Positions 57,702-64,000 of a stretch of 64,000 nucleotides of DNA are shown piece after piece. The position numbers and the translations under genes were made by a program. Under the pieces are notes generated by a model. That model saw only the letters and a list, made by a program, of their open reading frames with translations, made no database searches and was not told where the DNA came from. The stretch is from Candidatus Omnitrophota bacterium (lineage in GTDB: Bacteria; Omnitrophota; Gorgyraeia; Duberdicusellales; 4484-171), in contig JBAZGN010000001.1 in assembly GCA_041652815.1 (NCBI GenBank), forward strand, positions 573,855 through 637,854, given 5' to 3'. Each line of letters begins with the position of its first letter. Within the stretch, counting starts at the first letter, position 1.

Positions 57702-58706
57702 TTGAAAGAGACAGTATCTATATTAGGTGCGGGAAGCTGGGGAACAACTCTGGCGGTAATTCTTTCCGAAAAAAGCAACCTTCAAATAACTTTATGGTCT
57801 CCATTTGAGGCAGAAGTTAAAAAAATAATAAAGAATCAAGAGAACAAAGATTTCCTTCCTTCAATAGAAATACCCTTCAATGTTTGTGTTACTTCAGACT
57901 TAAAAGCTGCGCTGCTTAACCGCATTATTATAATCGCGGTTCCGGTAGAGCATTTGAAGCCTGTTTTAAGAAGAATCAATGATGCGAAGGTTAAATTTAA
58001 AAATAAAATCTTTATAAGCGTAATGAAAGGTATCGAGATAAAAAGCCTCAAGCGGCCAAGCGAAATAATAAAACAGGAATTAAATATCAATTCCAAACAA
58101 ATAGTAGTTTTGTCCGGGCCGACAATAGCAAAAGAAGTAGCAAAAAATATTCCTACGGTTGCTACTGTTGCATCGCATTCTTCTAAGAATGCAGAAAAAA
58201 TACAGGAATTATTTAAAGAAACAAATTTAAGGTTATATACTAATAGTGATGTGGAGGGAATTGAAACAGCTGGCGCTTTAAAAAATGTAATAGCAATTGC
58301 TTGCGGTATATCCGACGGTTTAGGCTTCGGTACAAATACAAAATCAGCGCTTATTTGCCGAGGCCTCAAGGAAATGATGCGTTTTGCCCGAGCTTTAAAA
58401 ATAAATGAGAAAGCCTTTCTTGGTATAAGTGGGATAGGTGATTTATGTACTACTTGTTTTTCTATGTTTTCAAGAAATCGCTATGTTGGCGAGAAAATCG
58501 GAAAAGGTGAAAAGATTGATAATATATTGAAAAATATGAAAATGGTCGCAGAAGGTGTGACTACTGTAAAATCGGTTTACAATTTGAGCAGAAAATATAA
58601 AATAGATATGCCGATAACAAGAGAAATCTATTATATGCTTTATAAGAATAAATCGCCAATAGCGGCTGTAAAAGATTTAATGAATCGCCCGCTTAAGGCT
58701 GAATAG
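57702..58706 (+). CDS. gpsA: NAD(P)H-dependent glycerol-3-phosphate dehydrogenase
   Basis: ILGAGSWGTTLA Rossmann motif and GpsA core. TTG start per the ORF track. Confidence 0.85.
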   Translation: MKETVSILGAGSWGTTLAVILSEKSNLQITLWSPFEAEVKKIIKNQENKDFLPSIEIPFNVCVTSDLKAALLNRIIIIAVPVEHLKPVLRRINDAKVKFKNKIFISVMKGIEIKSLKRPSEIIKQELNINSKQIVVLSGPTIAKEVAKNIPTVATVASHSSKNAEKIQELFKETNLRLYTNSDVEGIETAGALKNVIAIACGISDGLGFGTNTKSALICRGLKEMMRFARALKINEKAFLGISGIGDLCTTCFSMFSRNRYVGEKIGKGEKIDNILKNMKMVAEGVTTVKSVYNLSRKYKIDMPITREIYYMLYKNKSPIAAVKDLMNRPLKAE

Positions 58707-58744
58707 CGGTTTCGGAAAGTTTATAAAATAGAGGAGGTTCAAAA

Positions 58745-59209
58745 ATGAAAAAGGTATTATTTGTTTTGTGCGGTTTTCTGATTATGTGCAGTTATGGTTG
58801 CGAAAGTAATAAAACAAGAGTTGCCGAAGGTGCTGTAATTGGCGGTCTTATTGGGGGTGCGGCAGGAGGAATTATAGGGCATCAAAGCGGTCACGGTGGA
58901 GCAGGCGCTGGCATAGGCATTGCAGCGGGAGCGCTTACAGGAGCGCTTGTAGGAAGCCAGATTGATAAACCTCAAAAGCAGGAAACTGTTGAAAGCGCAG
59001 CTCAAACCATTGAAGAAAAATCTCCCGAAACCAAACAGCTTTCTATGCAGCAGATAATAAATATGAGTAAGCAAGGTTTAAAAGACGATGATATAATCAA
59101 AGAAATCCGCTCCACAGATTCAAAATTCAACCTTTCGGCAGAAGGTATTAATTACCTGAAAAAGGAAGGTGTGGGCGAACGAGTCATCTCTGCAATGCAG
59201 GGAAAATAA
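58745..59209 (+). CDS. Glycine-zipper (Gly-zipper_2TM-like) lipoprotein
   Basis: Lipobox SYGC. GAVIGGLIGGAAGGIIGHQSGHGGAGAGIGIAAGALTGALVG. Confidence 0.5.
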   Translation: MKKVLFVLCGFLIMCSYGCESNKTRVAEGAVIGGLIGGAAGGIIGHQSGHGGAGAGIGIAAGALTGALVGSQIDKPQKQETVESAAQTIEEKSPETKQLSMQQIINMSKQGLKDDDIIKEIRSTDSKFNLSAEGINYLKKEGVGERVISAMQGK

Positions 59210-59328
59210 TTGATTTATTCTTGACAGCCCCAGTATTACACCGGGGCTGTTTCTTTTACATTGGTCGGTGAATTATTCCTGTTGTGGAATAACAATGGGA
59301 TGGTAAAATTATATAATAAATTGTTAGT

Positions 59329-59673
59329 ATGGGTGATTTTGGCATTGAATGGCAAACAATTAAAAGAAGTTTTTTGGCATATTTTTATGAGTTGGTGCAT
59401 TTTAATTTTTCTGTTACCAACCCGGTATTTTGGCTGTTTTTCCTTATATTGTTATTCGTTTTATTAAAGTCCTGGAAAATAAAAAAAGCATTTTCTTTCT
59501 GTTTTGTCATTGCATTGATATTGTTGAGTGTTACAAAGATAGAGAATTATATAATGAAATTATTCAGGAAAAGCGGCGAATCGTTTGACCCACTAGTAAC
59601 ACGCATATCTTGCATTATTTTTATTCTTGTTGTAGCGCTATATTATTTTTTTATAGCGGGAAACGATGACTGA
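59329..59673 (+). CDS. Hypothetical small membrane protein (3 TM)
   Basis: Hydrophobic ORF only. The overlapping 59261..59467 ORF is an alternative reading. Confidence 0.3.
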   Translation: MGDFGIEWQTIKRSFLAYFYELVHFNFSVTNPVFWLFFLILLFVLLKSWKIKKAFSFCFVIALILLSVTKIENYIMKLFRKSGESFDPLVTRISCIIFILVVALYYFFIAGNDD

Positions 59674-59892
59674 ATTTATTTTAAGGAAGAAGTATGTATT
59701 GCGAAATATGCAAGAGTTTACAAACAGAGGGTAAAAGCGAATTGTTAATTTTTTCAGCTCGTGCCTATGCGCAGGTTGTTTCAATTTTAAAGATATCCAA
59801 AAATAACCCTGTAGAGAAAATCAATGAAGAAAATTCATGTATGTCACTATGTATAAAATGTTTGCAAGGGTTTTAATTAAAAGGAGGAAAAT

Positions 59893-60291
59893 ATGATAAG
59901 AAATATCGTTACTCTTTTTGCGGCAGGTGTATTTGTTGTATTTTTTTCTTCCATCTGCCTCTGCCAGGATAATGTTAATACCCCCGTTAGTAACAGCAGC
60001 AGCATAACTGACAAGGGTGCGGATAAAGATACTGTTGGGGGAAAGACCGAAGAGAAAAAGGTAAAAACGGATGAAGAAATAAAAAAGGAAAAAGAGAAGG
60101 CGGAAGAAAAGAAAGAAGAAAAGAAAGAAAAAAAGAAGGAAGAAATGGAAGAAGAAACGGAAGAAGAAAATCCGTCAGCCTCAGAAGAAACTCTTGATGC
60201 ATGGGATGACTCCACGCCGGCAGGAAGCGATCTTGATAGTGACGGAAGTATTAATATTTGGAAAGATGACCAGGGTTTCATAGATCGTTGA
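59893..60291 (+). CDS. Secreted Lys/Glu-rich low-complexity protein
   Basis: Signal peptide + (KE)n tract. RBS AAGGAGGAAAATATG. Confidence 0.4.
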   Translation: MIRNIVTLFAAGVFVVFFSSICLCQDNVNTPVSNSSSITDKGADKDTVGGKTEEKKVKTDEEIKKEKEKAEEKKEEKKEKKKEEMEEETEEENPSASEETLDAWDDSTPAGSDLDSDGSINIWKDDQGFIDR

Positions 60292-60458
60292 TTTATCTTG
60301 CCTCATAAACAGCGGATCATTTGCGCGAATCTTGTTCTTTACAGCCTTAAAAAGCCTAGTATAATAAATAAAATCAATCATTTTAGCGCATAAAGAGGTT
60401 TTGTTTCTTTGAGATTACACATGTTGGTTTAAAGGGGCTAAACCCCTAGATTTCCAAT

Positions 60459-60534
60459 CGGGGGGTAGCGCAGTCCGGATTAGCGCACTTGCATGGGGTG
60501 CAAGGGGCCGAGAGTTCAAATCTCTCTCCCCCGA
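60459..60534 (+). tRNA. tRNA-Pro (GGG)
   Basis: Acceptor CGGGGGG/TCCCCCG (C1-G72 Pro identity), anticodon loop ATGGGGT, T-loop GTTCAAATC. Confidence 0.8.
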
Positions 60535-60685
60535 TTTTGAATTTTGATAGAGAATCGTGTTACTTGTCATAGCAAATGAATAACTAAAGTTAATTATGGC
60601 AATTATGCATTTTGCTATAACTTTTCGAAGAGGGTTAGGGCAGGCAGGAGCGAATTTAAGTTCTTGCTTTTAAGGAGGTAAGAAT

Positions 60686-61051
60686 ATGGAGAAATATACA
60701 GGAGCAGAAAGAAGAAAATATCCCAGGGCAAATGCTAATTTTGTAGTAAGCTACAGGATAAAACAATACCCGGGGACGTATGACCTTAGCCAAACCAAGA
60801 ATATAAGCCAGGGTGGGCTCCTTATTACTACGAATAAAAAATTTGAAAACGGTACTCAGCTTGCCATGACGCTCAGATTTCCTTTTGTTGAGCAGAAAAT
60901 AGAAATTACGGGAGAAGTTGTTGATTCTAAAGAAATAGTGAAGGGCCTTATCTATGAAACAAGGTTAAGATTCACTGATTTACCGCAGGAGTTTTTTAAG
61001 GAATTAGGTATTTACATAAAAGAGTTGTTGGAAAAATGGTCAAAAAAATAG
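60686..61051 (+). CDS. PilZ-domain protein
   Basis: RRKYPR...NISQGG PilZ signature. Confidence 0.6.
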   Translation: MEKYTGAERRKYPRANANFVVSYRIKQYPGTYDLSQTKNISQGGLLITTNKKFENGTQLAMTLRFPFVEQKIEITGEVVDSKEIVKGLIYETRLRFTDLPQEFFKELGIYIKELLEKWSKK

Positions 61052-62304
61052 GAATAATTGGCCTGGGTAATGTCGGTTCTGCTACGCTTAAATCATTGGC
61101 GCAATATTCTTCTCTTGTTAACCGGCGCATTTCTTTAAAAATAGAAGTAAAATTGTCCTGCGACTTAAGGAAAGGCAAAGGGAAGGTCGCCGCAAAGTAC
61201 GGTGTGCCTTTTACTACGGATGTTTCAAAGGTTATAAACGACCCTCAGATAGATACGATAGTTGAATTAATCGGCGGCATTGAGCCCGCCTATAGTTTTA
61301 TTAAAGAAGCTCTTTTAAAAGGGAAAAATATCGTTACTGCAAATAAAGCTCTTTTGGCGGAGCATGGACGTGAACTTTTTTCTCTTGCGCGTAAGTTTGG
61401 AAAAAACATAGGGTTTGAGGCTTCTGTTTGTGGAGCGATACCTCTTATAAAAAGCATTTCCGAGGGTTTAGTCTCCTGCGAAATAAAAAAAATATATGGT
61501 ATTTTAAACGGAACGACCAATTATATACTTTATAAAATGGGCCAGGAAAAAATTGATTTTTCATCTGCTCTTCGCCGTGCCCAGAAAAAAGGCGTTGCAG
61601 AGAGAAAACCGCATTTTGACATATCCGGGCGTGATACACTTAATAAATTATGCATTTTAAGTTATCTTTGTTTCGGAGTGTGGCCTTCTTTGAAACGTGT
61701 GTATACCGAGGGTATATCTAAAATTAATATGCTTGATATCGTTTATGCGGAACAGTTAAATTACAGGGTAAAACTTTTGGCTATCGCGAAACGCCAGAGT
61801 AAATTTCTTGATTTAAGGGTCCATCCAACTCTTGTACCGATAGGCCATCCACTGTCTGAGGTTTCATCTACCTACAATGCCGTATACCTTGATACTCAGC
61901 CGGCAGGAGACTTACTTTTTTATGGTAGAGGAGCCGGCGGGTTGGCTACGTCATCGGCTGTTATCTCCGATATCGTAAGCATGTCGTTAGATAGTAAAAT
62001 TTCAGAAAGAAAAAAAGAAAACATAAACCTTAGAAATATAAATACTGTAAGATCGCGTTATTATATGAGATTTATGGCTCACGATGAGCCAGGCGTCTTG
62101 GCAAAAGTTTCAAGAATTCTTGCTTCGCAGCATATTAGCATTGCTTCTGTTACGCAAAAGGAAAAGCTGCGCAGGAAATTTGTTCCTGTGATAATGATTA
62201 CGCACGCAGCAAAAGAGTCAGATATGCAAAAAGCTCTTTTAAAAATTGACAAACTTTCCGTAATAAAAAGCCCATCACAGATAATACGAATAGAGGATTT
62301 TTAA
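61036..62304 (+). CDS. hom: Homoserine dehydrogenase
   Basis: IGIIGLGNVG NAD motif, HSDH catalytic domain, C-terminal ACT domain. Confidence 0.85.
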   Translation: MVKKIGIIGLGNVGSATLKSLAQYSSLVNRRISLKIEVKLSCDLRKGKGKVAAKYGVPFTTDVSKVINDPQIDTIVELIGGIEPAYSFIKEALLKGKNIVTANKALLAEHGRELFSLARKFGKNIGFEASVCGAIPLIKSISEGLVSCEIKKIYGILNGTTNYILYKMGQEKIDFSSALRRAQKKGVAERKPHFDISGRDTLNKLCILSYLCFGVWPSLKRVYTEGISKINMLDIVYAEQLNYRVKLLAIAKRQSKFLDLRVHPTLVPIGHPLSEVSSTYNAVYLDTQPAGDLLFYGRGAGGLATSSAVISDIVSMSLDSKISERKKENINLRNINTVRSRYYMRFMAHDEPGVLAKVSRILASQHISIASVTQKEKLRRKFVPVIMITHAAKESDMQKALLKIDKLSVIKSPSQIIRIEDF

Positions 62305-63374
62305 TGGCTTATCAAGGTTTGATTTTACGCTACAAAAATTTTCTGCCTATAACCAAAAATACCCCAATAATCACTTTGCTTGAAGGTAACACCCCGCTAA
62401 TATATTCGCCTAAAATTTCGCGCATAATCGGCAAAAATTTTAAAGTTTATCTTAAATATGAAGGGCTTAATCCTACAGGCTCATTTAAAGATAGAGGTAT
62501 GACCGTTGCTATTTCAAAAGCAAAAGAGGCAGGCGCCCGTGCTGTTATTTGTGCGTCAACCGGAAATACTTCCGCTTCAGCTGCTGCCTATGCGGCACGT
62601 GCAAATTTAAAATGTATAGTTGTGATACCGGAAGGCGCAATTGCTCTCGGTAAATTGGCACAGGCGCTTATACACAACGCAAAGGTGGTAGCGGTAAAGG
62701 GAAATTTCGATGATGCTTTAAGGATAGTCAGAGAGATTTCTTCAAAACACCATGTTGAGTTGGTAAATTCCATAAATCCTTATCGCATAGAAGGCCAAAA
62801 AACAGCTTCTTTTGAGATCTGCGATTATCTTGGCGATGCCCCTCATTTTCATATTCTTCCCGTGGGTAACGCAGGAAACATTACTGCTTACTGGAAAGGG
62901 TATAAAGAATATTATGCATATAAAAAGATACATCATCTTCCGCGCATGCTCGGTTTCCAGGCTAAAGGTGCTGCTCCAATAGTCAGGGGATATCCTATAA
63001 AAAAGCCTAAAACAATAGCAACTGCTATTAAAATCGGCAACCCTGCCAGTTGGGAAAGCGCCGTAAGCGCAAAAGAGGAGTCCTTTGGTTTAATTGATAT
63101 GGTAAGCGACAGAGAAATAATTAACGCATATAAATACTTGGCCAGCGCCGAAGGCGTCTTTGCCGAACCTGCCTCTGCCGCTTCTGTGGCGGGGCTTTTT
63201 CTGCTTAAAAAAACCGGTTTTTTTAATAAAGTTTCTAATAAAAAAGAAATTATCATTACCTGCACTCTTACCGGCCACGGCCTGAAAGATCCACAGCTTG
63301 CCATAAAAAGCATAAAACTGCCGCCCGTAGTAGCTGTAAAATTAGACGCAGTAGTCAAAGCCGCAGGCATCTAA
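62304..63374 (+). CDS. thrC: Threonine synthase
   Basis: PLP-lysine motif NPTGSFKDRG. ATG overlaps the hom stop. Confidence 0.85.
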   Translation: MAYQGLILRYKNFLPITKNTPIITLLEGNTPLIYSPKISRIIGKNFKVYLKYEGLNPTGSFKDRGMTVAISKAKEAGARAVICASTGNTSASAAAYAARANLKCIVVIPEGAIALGKLAQALIHNAKVVAVKGNFDDALRIVREISSKHHVELVNSINPYRIEGQKTASFEICDYLGDAPHFHILPVGNAGNITAYWKGYKEYYAYKKIHHLPRMLGFQAKGAAPIVRGYPIKKPKTIATAIKIGNPASWESAVSAKEESFGLIDMVSDREIINAYKYLASAEGVFAEPASAASVAGLFLLKKTGFFNKVSNKKEIIITCTLTGHGLKDPQLAIKSIKLPPVVAVKLDAVVKAAGI

Positions 63375-63390
63375 AACCAAAAAATCAGTT

Positions 63391-64000
63391 ATGAAAGGAT
63401 TTTATCAAAAATTTTCTAAAGTTTTAGAAGACATAGTAAAAAAGGAATACGAAACCGAACTAGACCCGCCTTTATGGGAAGTGCCGTCGCGCCAGGATTT
63501 CGGTGATCTTTCCACGATGGTTTCTTTAAAACTTGCCTCTAAGTTGAAAAAAGACCCGCTTGAAGTAGCAACATGCCTTAAGGGGATTTTAGAAAAACAG
63601 ATAGGGGAAGGAATAGAAAAAATAGAAATTTTAAAACCCGGTTTTATAAATATATTTTTTGCAAAAGATGCTTTGATAAAATCGTTAAATGAATTAATAG
63701 AAAATAAAGATAAATTCTTTCGCCACAATATTAAAAAGAAAATCATTCTTGAATTTTTAAGTGCAAATCCAACCGGCCCACTTTCTATAGCGCACGGCCG
63801 CCAGGCTGTTGTCGGGGATTGCTTGGGTAATATCCTTAAGTTTTGCGGCGTAAATGTCGAAAGAGAATATTACGTAAATGATGCCGGTAAACAATTAGAT
63901 CTTTTTATCAAATCGGTTAACGAACGCATAAAAGAAATACAAGGTCAAAGTTTTAAGCTTCCTGAAGGAGGCTATCAGGGGGAATACGTAAAAGATATTG
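63391..64000 (+). CDS. argS: Arginine--tRNA ligase, N-terminal part (3' end outside window)
   Basis: Open frame from the ATG at 63391 to the window end. SANPTGPLSIAHGR class-I HIGH-type motif. Not in the ORF track because it has no in-window stop. Confidence 0.8.
   Translation, partial: MKGFYQKFSKVLEDIVKKEYETELDPPLWEVPSRQDFGDLSTMVSLKLASKLKKDPLEVATCLKGILEKQIGEGIEKIEILKPGFINIFFAKDALIKSLNELIENKDKFFRHNIKKKIILEFLSANPTGPLSIAHGRQAVVGDCLGNILKFCGVNVEREYYVNDAGKQLDLFIKSVNERIKEIQGQSFKLPEGGYQGEYVKDI

Noticed and set aside
59261-59467. 68-aa ORF overlapping 59329..59673 in another frame
   Set aside because: The longer overlapping frame gives a more plausible 3-TM protein. Neither has strong support, so only one was listed, at low confidence.
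59877-60281. 134-aa minus-strand ORF rich in Ser/Phe
   Set aside because: It is the antisense shadow of the Lys/Glu-rich secreted protein gene (59893..60291), whose low-complexity GAA/AAG repeats keep the opposite strand open. No RBS.
63405-63746. 113-aa minus-strand ORF
   Set aside because: Antisense to argS, whose plus-strand frame is open to the window end and carries the class-I synthetase motif.

Overview
This is an AT-rich bacterial chromosomal segment, probably from an uncultivated lineage, and almost all of it is coding. I cannot place the taxon from sequence alone. Coordinates for tRNAs and repeats were counted by hand and may be off by 1-2 nt. ORF coordinates come from the supplied track; where I moved a start to an internal Met this is noted in the evidence.

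Gene content, start to end:
- Three tandem GH57 glycoside hydrolases (the first truncated by the window edge), then a DUF2934 mini-protein, an ACT-domain protein and a GH1 beta-glucosidase.
- A tri-domain protein: cNMP-binding + degenerate MinD/ParA-type P-loop + patatin lipase.
- Convergent with it, a ParA-family ATPase carrying a C-terminal CBM48/AMPK-beta glycogen-binding domain, sitting just downstream (same strand) of a bitopic membrane-protein gene. This is the most unusual architecture in the window.
- A long housekeeping run: AmmeMemoRadiSam-type radical SAM enzyme (amrS), DUF192, Nudix, GT39 glycosyltransferase, trmI, apgM, lysC, cimA, ilvB/ilvN/ilvC, leuA, aroE, pilD, aroC.
- Peptidoglycan-binding lipoproteins, an OmpA-LysM protein, two PilZ proteins, an ECF sigma/anti-sigma pair, spoVG, an ORF6N protein, a beta-propeller protein and a sugar nucleotidyltransferase.
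- A small AT-rich island of four minus-strand genes.
- Two radical SAM enzymes (one B12-dependent), yggS, tilS, ftsH, folP (with an N-terminal extension), cdaA followed by a 46-aa cdaR remnant, pdxJ, acpS, nnrD, gpsA, hom, thrC and the start of argS.
- Five tRNAs: Phe-GAA, Thr-TGT, Tyr-GTA, Gly-TCC, Pro-GGG.

The most striking non-coding feature is that nearly every intergenic or promoter region is built from short words iterated in direct and inverted orientation. Some word families recur at many loci: CAGATGATCACAGATG plus GTAACACGTATCACG words, and GCTGACAGCTGAAAGCTGA words. One roughly 150-bp element of about 94% identity, carrying a 19-bp perfect palindrome, an RBS and the start codon, is duplicated upstream of apgM and of an unrelated membrane-protein gene. 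A second modular leader (conserved 5' hairpin, variable long hairpin, conserved GGAGG RBS) is shared by spoVG and a PG-binding lipoprotein gene. A 19-bp direct repeat of the tRNA-Tyr 3' end flanks a 247-bp segment between tRNA-Tyr and tRNA-Gly, which looks like an att-site footprint. No CRISPR array, rRNA or obvious intact mobile element was found.
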